A stretch of 64,000 nucleotides of DNA. It comes from Isurus oxyrinchus (Eukaryota). The DNA lies in NCBI GenBank assembly GCA_026770705.1, contig JANJGN010000034.1, positions 6,510,001-6,574,000 on the forward strand, read 5' to 3'. The position numbers and the translations under genes are program-made. Shown here one piece after another: positions 38,859-51,068 of the stretch (its first letter is position 1; each line of letters begins with the position of its first letter). The notes below the pieces were generated by a model that was not told where the DNA came from, did no database searches, and was given only the letters and a program-made list of their open reading frames with translations.

Positions 38859-38885
38859 GGGAAGCATTGGAAAAGTGTGAGAAAG
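38859..38885 (+). CDS. Microexon, 27 nt, phase 1-1, (G)EALEKCEK
   Basis: ttaatttatttcacag|GGGAAGCATTGGAAAAGTGTGAGAAAG|gtagga. Confidence 0.85.
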
Positions 38886-39899
38886 GTAGGATTTTATTTA
38901 TTTTCCTTTACAATCTGCAGTACCTGCTTTCATGTCGCTGCTAATTCTCAAATTTGGAGTTAATTTGAAATAATTAACGAGAACGTCGAGCTCGGAAACG
39001 GATATTCACAATATCACGAACTTAATCTGATCATTGTCTCTCTTCCTTTAACCCTACATCCATTTGTCTGCCGCTTTGGAAAGGCATTGGCAGTTTTATG
39101 TTAAGTAAACTCTGTGCGTGGCCCTTGTAGCAAATGAGCTTAAACATAAATTGTATAGAGCTGTACATCATTCCAGTAGTTTTAGATCAGGTTGTAATGG
39201 AAAACCATTAGCTGAATTCACAAAGGCTTAGGAGAAAATGAAATAAGTTGTTTTTTTCCATGAGATGCACGGGAATACATGAAAGAACGTGTTATGCAGT
39301 GGTTGGTAATGACCTATAGCTTTTGCACATAAGGATGGTGGAAACTGAGAGAATTATTTCAAAATGAAATTGAACAGCAGTTGCTTTAAAAGAAAAGCCT
39401 TGCTGAGATAGGGGCATAATATGTTGCTATCCCGATTTTTATTCCGGGAATTTTCTTCACAAATGCCTCCAACATTTTTCACGTCTTTGATTGATTGGAA
39501 AAATTCTTGAAACCTAAATCTATTATCAAACGTTTGTACTTTTTTCTGCTTAACTTGTTAAAATATTTAGGTCTGGCTCACGGTAGTACTTCAGATATTG
39601 TTTTTCCTTCTGCGATGATTGCAGTTAAACTGGAGAAAATGAGTTATATGCAATCAAAAAAAATTGAATTTTCTTACAATTAAAATGTTTGGCCCATTTT
39701 GGCATAAGGCAATGTCAGCAAGAAATATAAGTAAAAAAAAACAGTTGGTGAGATTAGTTACCTGGAGAAGTGGTGATGGTGTGTCGACACTGCTTGCAAC
39801 GAATACAGCTCAGATAATAGTACTGTTAGAGAGTTAGGGTACAATTAATTTTAAAACGTTTAGTCAGTAATTTACAAAGAATTACCGACCCCTGAATTG

Positions 39900-40495
39900 T
39901 TCTTGTAACAAATGTAAGGATATGGCTGGTCCAGTACAGTTTCTGGTCAATGGCGAACGCAAGAATATGGACAGTGGAAGTGTTCAATGATAGTAATGAT
40001 ATTTAGAATCAAGGGGAGAAGCTTAGATGTTCTAGGGTTGTTTGTAGTCATTGCCTGGCCCTAGTGTGATGCGAACATTGTATGACACTTACCAAACAGC
40101 ACTTGCATGTTGCCCAGGGCTTGCTGAGCATGGGCACAAGCTGCCTTAGTCTCTCACGAGTTGCGAATGCTGCTGAACATTTTGAAATTCTCAGCGAACA
40201 ATCCAACTTGCAGCATCCAAAATATTTTGCTTTTATATCCACTTCTGACCTTTGGTGGAAATCATGTTAATGATCAAGCAGAAAAAAGATGTTTGATCCT
40301 AGGACACTGCCCTGAGGAACTGATGCAGTGATGGCCTGGAGCTGAGATGATTCGCCTCCAACAAATGATATCCATCTTCCTCTCCACTAGGTATTGTAAG
40401 GGGCGTGAGAGTCACTTGTGGAGTCTTGCTTATGTTCGGAGTAGCACTCGGAACATAAAAAGAATGAGTGACAATGCCAAGCAATGCGGTCAAAT
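39900..40495 (-). mobile_element. Decayed non-LTR retrotransposon RT fragment (antisense)
   Basis: cctaggacactgccctgaggaactgatgcagtgatg is the reverse complement of ITA.VPQGSVLG. Confidence 0.7.
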
Positions 40496-40681
40496 AGCAT
40501 ATCTATGGTATATTGATAATTATAATAAATACATTAAATTTGACTTGATAACACGGAACAAAAAATAAGAAGAAAGAAAGATAATATTATGAAAAGTTGC
40601 AAACATTTATATATTAGAAGAATGGAAATAAAACAACTCTACTTACACACTTTACATACCACACTATAATGCAAATATATA

Positions 40682-41028
40682 CCGTTGTTCTTCCAGCGCA
40701 AAGAGTTGTCCCCTACCGAGTGTTGCAGACAGGCACATTCCAAAGTCCAGGACTACTTGCAGAGGGACACATCAAAGCTTGGGGCAGCCGGGAAGGGTCG
40801 CTGCATAAGACCTTTCTGACACAGTGCACCGAGGAGCTTGGAATTGTAAAGAGTCCCTCCGCATGTACAGCTCAAAATGAATGTCTGCCAATGATTCTAA
40901 TATTCATTGTTTGTACTGATACACCTTGTGATTCATGTTGTAAAAGTGGAACCTGATTGTATTTTTGTGATGGTGATTTTAAAATGGTTTCAAATGTTGT
41001 TGAAAATTTATGAATAAAGTATATTTTG
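40682..41028 (+). mobile_element. Tx1-like non-LTR retrotransposon 3' end
   Basis: ttccagcgcaaagagttgtcccctaccgagtgttgcagacaggcacattccaaagtccaggactac translates as FQRKELSPTECCRQAHSKVQDY, resembling an elasmobranch Tx1-like ORF2 end. AATAAA at 41013-41018; flanked by GCAAATATATA at 40671-40681 and 41029-41039. Confidence 0.7.
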
Positions 41029-41029
41029 G

Positions 41030-41032
<3 letters not shown>

Positions 41033-41067
<35 letters not shown>
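41033..41067. repeat. (TA)n microsatellite
   Basis: Pure atatat run. Confidence 0.97.
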
Positions 41068-41068
<1 letters not shown>

Positions 41069-41559
41069 CAAACTACAAATGTTATTCCCAAATTGGTCTG
41101 CTCACAACAACTGCCCAAATTGCGTAATGCCATGAAAGGAACATGACTTTGTAAAATTCCCCTTAGAATATACTTTGCCAATTCTCTGAATAACGATAAA
41201 ATAGGTGGTCCCTACTGTCAGTCACTCCATGCCCAGCACTTCCTGCCACAGTCCCCAGTGGCTGATTCTTCCAAACCAGCAGTATCGCAGAGCCCTAGAG
41301 GCAGCGTCCCTTTCAGCCAGCGTTCTGGCTTCATTCCAGTATTTCGGAGTCTGGCCCACATGTTGTCAAAGCAAATTTCAGTCCTTATCAATTCTGCTCA
41401 TAGTCACTGCAAGGTTAAGTTAACTTCGCAACATGAAGTTGTTTACGAAATTTTGATGTTGTCTTTCCATCTATCATCTGTTACTTGTTACATTTTGTTC
41501 TGTGAGACAGTGCAGAGCCTTGTGCTGATTTTCACACTATCTGTTTTCTTATTTTTATC

Positions 41560-41840
41560 CACTAATAGCACCTTCTTTATCCCTTACCACGGCCACTAAC
41601 ACACGTTTGACATCTGTCGATGCCACCTGTATCAATCTCTCCTTAGACCAAACTATCCCTGACCTTCTATCCAGCTTCACCTGCCCCAAACGCCTTAAAC
41701 AGTATCAATGTAATAAAAATTCTACTTATTTTTAGCTCTGAAGATGTGTCATAAGGACTCGAAACTGTAAATAAATTCCTTTGCCCACAGATGCTGCAAA
41801 ACCTATTGTGTTTTTCTAGCATTTGCTGTTTTTATATTGG
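41560..41840 (+). mobile_element. Penelope-like element terminal fragment (older copy) with CTGAAGA...GAAAC motif
   Basis: agctctgaagatgtgtcataaggactcgaaac...cacagatgctgcaaaacct is homologous to 7208-7342. Confidence 0.7.
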
Positions 41841-42149
41841 AAATAACTCGTATTTTTCAGTGGTTGCAAATATACAGTGTTCTGTCAAAGCATCAAGGCA
41901 GCAGCTGTGAATATGCTGAGTAAGAGGAATATTTGATTAAAAAGTCCAATCAGCAGTTAACAATATTAGTGACAATATAATTTACCAAAAGTCAAACAAC
42001 AATCACATCTGGGTTTAGTCAATGTCTACAAAGAGTGATGTTGAATATTACATAAATGTAAAAATTCAATATAGGGTTAAAAGCAAAAGCACTGCAGGAT
42101 TGAACTGCAAAAGTATAACATTGTAATAACTAGAGACTACAGGCTTTAG

Positions 42150-42690
42150 GAATACAGTATGAGTCCCATGAATGCAGAGTTTCATCCTGATACCCAATTA
42201 CTCCTGTTTTGCTAGGGCTGTTTGGTGACATATTCAATGAATGCGGCTCTGATATCCAGGCCAGTCACTCTCGACTCTCCTCTTGGGTTCAGCTCTATTA
42301 TCCATGTTTGCAGCACGGCTTTTGTGAGGTTAGTGGCACTGGCACAACCGTGCTGAGCGTCACTGAGCAGTTTGTTTCTGACTAAGTGGCGCTAAATAGC
42401 ACTGCCCACGACAATTTCCATCGCTTTGCTGATGATCGGGTGTAGGCTGTTGGGAGGTAATTTTCCAGTTTGGTTTTGTACTGTGCTTTGTCGACAGAAG
42501 GTAACTGGGCAGCTTTCCACATTGCCGATATGTTGCTGTGCTGTGACAGGTTGGCTAATAGTGGAGCTAGGTAAAAAGAGCAAGTACTCAGTACTATTTT
42601 TTAAAATTGGTCAGTTACCCTAGCCTTTGCAATATACAGTGCCTTCATCCGTTCTTGACACATGTGGAGTGAATGGAATTGTCTGAAGAG
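42150..42690 (-). mobile_element. Decayed non-LTR retrotransposon RT fragment (antisense)
   Basis: Minus ORF 42392-42583 contains PNSLHPIISKAMEIVV, matching the RT motif RPISLL.IISK.ME.VV. Confidence 0.7.
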
Positions 42691-45129
42691 ATTATTTGTG
42701 ACATCCATAAATTTTAAAATTGTATTTCAACATCATGCTGGGCTGTTATTTTCTTCCTCGTTCAAATTTCTGTTCTTCCTACACGTCTCTTTATTTAGTT
42801 GCCATTTGTCTTTCTTAGTTTTCTCTTAACGTCGTTTCTTCTCTCTGCATCAGCATCTGCCCTCCCTTTTCGCTAATAAACTCTATTTTCCCTATTTGCT
42901 GATAGCAATGAATCTCCCCGCAAAACATTCTGTCAACCCTTTGTGATTGCAGCTTTTAGCCTTATACAACACTGCCTCCAACAGAGCACATCCACGTTTT
43001 GAGTTGGATGGCAATGTATTACTTTCCACCGATACCATTCCAGCTGCCATGCACGCAAAAAGGAGCGGAATTTAAGATTGTCACCTCTGATGCACTACTA
43101 GTTAATAAGTAAATCCCTCTGTCCTTAAACACGTGTTGCAAGGACGCAACTCGTCCACTAATTTCTTATTCTCTGCCAGAACTGTGGGTTGCTCCAATAC
43201 CACTAGCAGGAATGTGTGCACACATTCAAACCTTTCTGTTTGTCCGCCACGTGCTACACTCTTTAGTATACACTCCACCGTGATGTTTGATGACGTCTGC
43301 TGCATTGTCCCCACAAAACTACAAGAACAACCACCCACACCCAACTCCACAGATATCAGTGTATTTGGTAGTGCTCCACATTTGCGTACACTGCATCCTC
43401 TGGGATGCCATTTCGCTTACCGGTATTGAAAGTTGAATTCCAGTTTATGAGGCCATTCAGTTGTTTGCTGCCTTTCTGTTCTTTCTTTTCAGGGCACAAA
43501 AAGTTTTTTTTTTTAATTTCGAGATCCCGCAATTTGCACATATGACAGCTGTCTTTAGCACTGTTTCTGTATTTTCCTCTCTGGGCCTGTCATTTCTTGT
43601 CATATCCTGCACAGTAAGAAAACTGTTTCTTCAAATCGGTGTCTAGTTCTAAGAATATGTTTCAGTTCCGTCCCCCAGGCTGGGATTCCAAAGAAATGAA
43701 GGCCAGAAATTAGAGTTCAAAATTGTTAACCCTCTATCAGGTCAGCCTCCACTCATCTTCAACCAAGAAAGAGTAACGACTTCCTCATGGAAATAACCTT
43801 TTAGTTCCCAGGTGATGTTATTCCCAATATATGCATGACCCAAGTTTGTGATGCCATCTCCACACCTTAAATACAAATTGTGCTTAAGCAAAATTTCATG
43901 TTTCGATTAGATCGGACAGCATATGTTTTGATTACCTCATGTTTAGTGTGGAACACATGTATCCCTGATGACATAATGGTTGGAGATCTTCTGCAACTTT
44001 ACCACGATAATCACAGCAGTGTTTTCCCAAACACTATACCTATTTTTGGAAGCAAAGGGAGAAAAAAAAAACAAAAGCTTGACGCCTTTAAGTACATTGC
44101 GCCTTTTGATCCGAATTCCCGGTGCCAGAAAGGAGTTGGCAGTCAATAAAATACAATGAATTATCTTCACATTTATAAGTTGAAAAAAACATGAGCTTTT
44201 CTGCGCATAGCTAGTCCCAATAGAAATTGGAGATTGATTAGATCATCTATTTTACCGATGCTGGTTGATTATCTACCTAACTTGCAGGGGACAACTCCCC
44301 CCGACCATTTGAAATATTGCATTGGAAAATTGTCGAACCCGTTGAAAGTGTTGTAAATAGAAATAGTGACGTATCAAATCATCCTAAAAGCAACAACAAC
44401 CGCAGGGCCTTCTTTCTTCAGTGCTGTACAGTCTGGCTATTATGCTCATGCCTTTAGAGTGGCCTTTGAAAGAGTGACAGCTGGCCTCTCACTAAGATGA
44501 TATGAAGCTAATTTATTTCGCTCCTTAAAACACACGGGTTGGAATTCAGTGAAAAATAAACTTTTAGCGGAGTGGGCGGCTTGTATTAGTCAGAAATAAA
44601 TTACATTCATGGGTACAGCTTACTCTATGCAACAAAGGCGGGGTAATTTTCACTTTGGACAATTGTACAGAAGGGCGGGTATTTATGTTGTTGCTGCCAG
44701 CTTCAAAAAGCAAGGAGACAATGCAATTGTATAATAGTCTAAACTTTGGATTTTCCTATTTCATATGATTGCTCGAAATTAAATTTTTGCCCGCACCCAT
44801 TGAGCCACGATTTGACGTGTTGAGCGCTAATGCTTGTTAAGTTGTTAATAGTGCATACATCTTTCCATATCACATTATTAAGATGCTCGCACGAGTCCAT
44901 CTTCATCAGGCATCTATCGGTTTATATTAGCAATGCAATTACTGCGCATAGATTCTAAAACACCACTAACAGTGGTGCCCTCTTTAAGCATGAAACCTTA
45001 AAACCGTTCCCTGTCTGCCTCTTCAGTTCGTTGTAAAATATCCCATAATGTCTTTTAGAATGGGCGCCAAAAGTACTGGCGCAGGTCAATGTTTATCCCA
45101 AAAGGAGAAGCAGTAAAAGATTAAAAAAA

Positions 45130-45270
45130 AACGTTCCTGGTGATTGCCATATTACTGTTTGTGGAATACATCTAAATGCACATTGGCTGCTACCTGGGCT
45201 ATTTCATGATATTTACAATACGTCAACCATCATTCGTTGGCTGTAAAACGGGGATGACCCAACTCATTAA
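45130..45270 (+). mobile_element. Deu-domain SINE (SacSINE1/AmnSINE-like) remnant
   Basis: attactgtttgtggaa...cattggctgc...cattcgttggctgtaaaacg resembles the DeuSINE 3' core. Related antisense remnant near 44190-44490. Confidence 0.5.
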
Positions 45271-45392
45271 ATAAATCAATTCACAAATAAAAGTATGTCG
45301 ATCCAATATATTCTGTGTCCTAATTTGAGTAGTTTGAACTCAGGGACTTCTCATTCGGACAAAGAGTACTAGTGATATCAAATTTATTTCAG

Positions 45393-45428
45393 AACTGAAG
45401 GCGTTGAAAGCAAAGTTGAAGGATGCAG
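45393..45428 (+). CDS. Microexon, 36 nt, phase 1-1, (E)LKALKAKLKDA
   Basis: aaatttatttcag|AACTGAAGGCGTTGAAAGCAAAGTTGAAGGATGCAG|gtcaga; L at positions 2, 5 and 9. Confidence 0.85.
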
Positions 45429-45871
45429 GTCAGATAACCAAAAACAGACAACTTTCCAATATCGTTGACTAATTTTATTAAGATGATGTAAAAGATGATT
45501 CGACATACAGAAGTGCAAGGTCACCTTCTATGATAGCTCGAAATTGGCAACATCAAGTCCCCTTTTTAATGTATACATTTCTTCTTGATATTCTTTTGCA
45601 TTAAGTCAAAGGAGATTTGTCAGGCATTGTAAAACTGACTGGCAAACCAAAATGTGCCAGCGCCCATGATGAATTTAAATGCCGTATTATTTATAATACA
45701 CGTGGGCCATCTACCTGATCCCATTCCTGGTTTAGGGTAGGACTTTCGTTTGTATTTTCCTGATTAATGTAACTTGCATTAAGTAGCATTCTGGGTTGAT
45801 ATGTTGTTTAAGAAAATTGGACGGAAATATTGTCAGGAAACGTGTAAAATTTATTGTTTGTGCTTTAACAG

Positions 45872-45898
45872 AGAAAAGGAGTGATGAAGCACAAGCAG
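45872..45898 (+). CDS. Microexon, 27 nt, phase 1-1, (E)KRSDEAQA
   Basis: ttattgtttgtgctttaacag|AGAAAAGGAGTGATGAAGCACAAGCAG|gtaaat. Confidence 0.85.
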
Positions 45899-46034
45899 GT
45901 AAATGGAAATGAGATGGACGACTAATGGCGAGAATTGTTCAAAAGTCTTGTACAGCTGCGTCAATTGACGACATTTTGAACGTAAGCAATTACCTTTTCA
46001 TCCAATGAACGTTGTTGCCCTGTCTCGTTTACAG

Positions 46035-46061
46035 AAGTCCTTGGAAAATGTAAACTGGATG
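46035..46061 (+). CDS. Microexon, 27 nt, phase 1-1, (E)VLGKCKLD
   Basis: ccctgtctcgtttacag|AAGTCCTTGGAAAATGTAAACTGGATG|gtgagt; 136-nt upstream intron. Confidence 0.85.
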
Positions 46062-47794
46062 GTGAGTTAAAATCATCAGTATGCCAATAATTCACTAAAA
46101 TGCAAAATAGACTGACTCTGCATACATTGCAATTAATGCAAACATCTGCAGCATAAAGTTAAAATGAAACGTGCAATCTTCTCTGAGGCGAATTCCCTTT
46201 ATACCTACATTCCATTTTTGTTGCTTTTATATTGCTTGATGCAAATTGGAATTATCATGTCAAGATATTCTTACTCCAACCATTCAGCAAATACATAACC
46301 ACGACTGCCCTATGGCAGCACATCAATCCCCATGGCGTGCTGTCAAACTACAGCTGTCAGAAGTGACGATATTCTGCAATATCCAAAAAAAGGATTCTTG
46401 ACGGCAGGCCAAGTCGCCATTTTCTCATGCTCAACATTATTGAAATACAGTGTGACAAAGATTTTTTCAGCAATATTACCACATTTCCAATTGCAAAATC
46501 TTGAGTATATGTGTTACACCAAAGTGTAATTAATTAAAAGTTTGCCCCGGTAATGTTCACTTCACTTCTGACCCCGGGGCTATTTGGTGTTGCGGGAATA
46601 GTTGGCATTGTAATAACATTTTTTGAGATATTATTGAAAGAAATCTATATCCCCAAGAAATCGATTGCCTATTCTATCAGGTGAACAGGAAGGATCCAAA
46701 TGCATTTCCGCAATTTAAATAAAACAGTAAAGTGACTTCATGCTTTATAATTTGTCGCTAATGAAATACCACCACTGTTGTGCCACATAACATGCGCAAG
46801 TACAGTGGAGAACTATTGATTGGGCAGCAGTTGCCTACATTTCGCTGCTTCTCCAGCATCAATAGATTTCAAAGGAAACTATGCGGTGTTTGCAGAGGGT
46901 GGCCGATTGTCTGCCAACCCTTCATGCCCCACATGAATTGAAATTAAACCCATTGTCTCCAGGGCATTGTCACCGTTGTAATCTTCCGTTGACAGATCCA
47001 GAAACTACCTGACTTCCAAATAAGCAAGCTGTACCTTTTCCAGCATTTCGAACGTTTTATAGCTGAAAAAATTAGCCTCAAGTCACGAGGCTCAAAATTT
47101 TGGATTTCAAGCCTAAACGCCTCCGCTTCCCTTCTGCGTTTTTCCCAATTTCAAACATGGCTGAACACCGACAATATTTCACCTCTTGCATCTTTTTCTA
47201 TGGCTTCTTTTCACAACTTGTTTGATGATTCTCCTTTAAGCTGATGGGGGAATGAAACATTACATTAAATTTTCAGTGTGATTGTGAGTTCTGATTGATT
47301 TTCAAATGGACTGAAAATGGACAGAGCTCCTGCGCAGTCCCAATGTTATTTTATATATTTTTTTAAACAACTTGTTTCAGTATAACTATCGGAACCAAAG
47401 TCACAAGTTGTCTGTGCCTTACATGCAATGAACCAAGGTTTAGTGAGGTCAAACATCACGACGTTGTTGCACTGGGGCTCGTGCCTTAACTCACAACCTA
47501 ATTTTGCTTGTGTCTTGGACGGGGCAACATTGACCCTCTCAAACATTTGGAAACGTACACATAAGCGTCTCTAGGAGTAATAAGCAGCTTATGTGATTGT
47601 GTTTTGTAAATTATATCATATTGGATGCCCATTATAAAGCTGGCTAATGATGTCTAACGCAAGAAGAAAGAGGTGGCATACTGAATGACCAATATAAGAT
47701 GCATAATTGAACCGGCCATTTGGCATTCGTTTCCTCCTTTTTTGTAATGAAAGTATCAGGTAATCTGATGCACTGAACGACCTTCTCTTTGCAG

Positions 47795-47821
47795 AACAAA
47801 GGTTGATTGATCAACTAGCAG
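47795..47821 (+). CDS. Microexon, 27 nt, phase 1-1, (E)QRLIDQLA
   Basis: ccttctctttgcag|AACAAAGGTTGATTGATCAACTAGCAG|gtaaat. Confidence 0.85.
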
Positions 47822-49403
47822 GTAAATAATTGATATACTTATTATTAATCGAATGGCTTGGGAAGTAGTTATAGTTCGATGTCAATGTTAGCAATACTTT
47901 CAACTTGTTCAATTCACCCATTGTGAAAGCTTGTAAAACCAGCAGGAAAGCTGGATCTCTCAGGGCAAATTTTGAGTATGTGGCCTATGGTCTGACGTGA
48001 ATGGCCTCAATTGCACTTTGGAATATTACACATCTTAAGCTTGTGGAACAAATTCAAACATCTTCCCTAGTCCATCCTGACCCGTTGAAGGTTGTGAAGA
48101 TTTCCTGTGGCAGGGTGAAAAGGAAGGCTTTGCCACAGGGACAAGTTGGCTGCTTGCAGTTGGTGATATTTGCAGGCATCCAACCGATTTACAAATGAGA
48201 GATTGAATGAGATTTTGGCCTGTGTGGTGTGTTCCAGTGGAGGCTACAGCGTTGCTGTTTTTCCTTTAATGTCCCATTAGAAAGGGACTACTTTGTTAGC
48301 TGTCAGCTTGCGGTATTAATGAGGAACATGTTTAACCTGAGGACATGAGATGTTTCAATGTGGGCTAGCAGAGGAAGCTAACCTGATCTATGTTAATGTC
48401 AAGGTCCCAGAAATAATCCTCATGGCATCCCAGGTGTCGATATCGGACATGATTTTGTGCCAGCTCCTGAGCCAGATTAGGCAGCAGTCCACTGCTGGTG
48501 CGTGGACTGGGCGAAGTGTTCGTTGGCCCTGTTACTCCAAGTGCTACCAGGCTTTTCCTTATGCATATAACTCAATCGTGGCTCCGACGTTCTGGAGGCG
48601 ATGACTGTGGGTCAATGTAAAGTAAACAGTGATGTCCCAGCACTTTTCCGTGGGATCTCGGGTGATTGTTGATCCACAGAAGGGGATATGACGATAAGCC
48701 CTCGCTTTCTTGTTATTCAGATGGAAGTCTTAAACAACAGTCTTGAGCGTTTCTGGCTAAGTATTTGTTCGGTGAAGCAGAATTTAAGAAAGATACATCT
48801 GCCCTGAATGTTTTATCCATGCACTGAATTTCTTTATTCTGGAAAACCTTGATTAAATCGTCAGTATCAGCAGATAGTGGCATCGTTGCTGGAGGGCGCT
48901 TATATGTTTCTGGCTAAAATAGCTCGTGAGAGTTTGAGGTAAACACACACTTTTCAGCAACTGCCCATGACACTTCTCGCTCGATTTTCAGCTCGATTGA
49001 AATCAATGCACATGAATATCGTGTGGGGAGCAGAACGAGCGAGGCCTCTGATCCAAATTTTTATTCGCAAACAACAAAAACAAATTTTGCTCCATTGATA
49101 TTTCATCTTGTCAATCAAGTGTTCATTTCGAGCCTCATTACATCCTGATCTCTTGATCTGTACAAATCTTGTTGGTTACTAGAGCGGATTGTTGAACAGG
49201 TTCAGGGCATGAGTTTTAGCAGTGTACTCAACAATTCTGTGCTGGAGAACAAGGCCCAGGCATGAGTGTTAAGCATTTCTCGCATCAATTGCCTTGAATG
49301 GAATAATGTTCCATAATCTGATTTATTTTGCAGAAGCGTATAGTGTATGGCGAAATAAGGTTGCGATCAGATGCATAAAAAACGCTTGTCCTTTCCTTTA
49401 TAG

Positions 49404-49439
49404 AAAATCGCAGGCTCAGAGATGAGCTGAAAGAAAAAG
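49404..49439 (+). CDS. Microexon, 36 nt, phase 1-1, (E)NRRLRDELKEK
   Basis: cttgtcctttcctttatag|AAAATCGCAGGCTCAGAGATGAGCTGAAAGAAAAAG|gttagc. Confidence 0.85.
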
Positions 49440-51044
49440 GTTAGCATCAGAAAATTGATTTCGGTTCAAAGACTCCAACGGATTGCTGTTCCTAATTGTC
49501 CATTGCACTTGTGCCTGTGTCTAATTGAATAATAATAATAACAACAACAATATTTCATTTAATATACTATATGAACTGTCAGTTCGATACTCATTTCTCA
49601 AGGCCTGTAAGGAACGGAAGACTGGGACTAGCTTGCAGCTAATATCTGTGAGGTCATTAGTTAAATGTCTCAGGGGGGTGGGGGCGTGGAAACTATTCTA
49701 ATTGATTGGATACATTTGTTTCAATGTTTGAAACTATTTATTAGCTTTGGAGTATATATCGACCGTTCTACTGGGTGAAAAGTTAGGATAATAAATAACA
49801 AATACAAGAAGAACTCAGTAGAAAAAAATATATTTACAGATAGACTGGTGGTAATGTGGAATCTGTAGTTCAAGAATAAGTAGAATCTTCATGAATATAT
49901 GCTCGTCAGTTAAAAATAATGTGCTGAATATAATTAAATGACTATGGAATTCGAAAAACTAGAGTGTGAGAAGCATCAGATAAACAAAAAGAAACAGAAA
50001 TATGGGGCAAATGACCTGTTTTTGACCCATAACCCTTTTCTGTGTGTAATCCTCGTTTAGAGCTGGTAGATTACACATAGGTTGAGCATATCTCAGCGTA
50101 TCAAAGCCCTTCTTATTGTGTTTATTAATAACATATCATGCATACATAAATTTAAATGTTTCAATTATCCTTAAATTGCTGCATACGTTATTCAGTTTAC
50201 AAAATGCTGGGTAGATGTATTTGGAAATTGTATTGTATAGGGCAACTAAATAAAAATAAATATTTTAATATCCATAAGGGTATAAGGCAAAGAAGCACAC
50301 GCTGTTGAATCTAATGCACATTAATATGACATGGCGGATACACAGCGGCAGATGCTGTACCGCTTATATTGCATATTACCCATTCCTCTTTGTACCATAG
50401 CTCCTGTACTCCTGGTCCGCATTGTTCACTTCCTTGTGCGTGACACGAATATAAACAGATTGCACTAGGTCCTTGTGTTTTCAAATTGATGGAAACAAAC
50501 ACGGCTCTAATAAATTGATAGCCGTCATTTGCTATATAAGAGCAGCCGAGAAGATGATTGAATAATTTCGAAAAAACAGTGATTAGATGCGAGCCCGTTC
50601 CACGCAATTGACAAAGTAATTTGGCAGGTAACCCCATGACACCTACAAACAAGCCAGTAATCAGTGCTCGCCTATAGATAGCAAGGTTGGATCAGCTATG
50701 CTTAACAGCAATTCCGTGCTCTCCCACCGATTGAATTTAATTTACATATGGAAATTCAACAGGTTGTTGAGCCGTCAACCGCATGAAGCTCAGATCAGGA
50801 CTAATGCATTCCAGCTGCCTTCTATTCTGTACATTCTCACGATGCAACGTGTTGGTCAGCTTTGTTCAACATTGGCTGCTGTCGCGCAACAGCACTACTC
50901 TGACAGAAGAGTCACTCCTGCATATGATACAGAAGAGGGCAGCTGGGTAAGACGGTACACACTTTGCCTGCCTTGGTTTGTTTCACATCCCCCAGCCAAC
51001 ACCACACCCACCCCACCCCCACGAACATCGTCCTTTCTGACCAG

Positions 51045-51068
51045 CTAGTCAGCAAACAAAAGTCTACG
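51045..51068 (+). CDS. Candidate microexon, 24 nt, phase 1-1, (A)SQQTKVY
   Basis: tcgtcctttctgaccag|CTAGTCAGCAAACAAAAGTCTACG|gtgagt. Confidence 0.5.
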
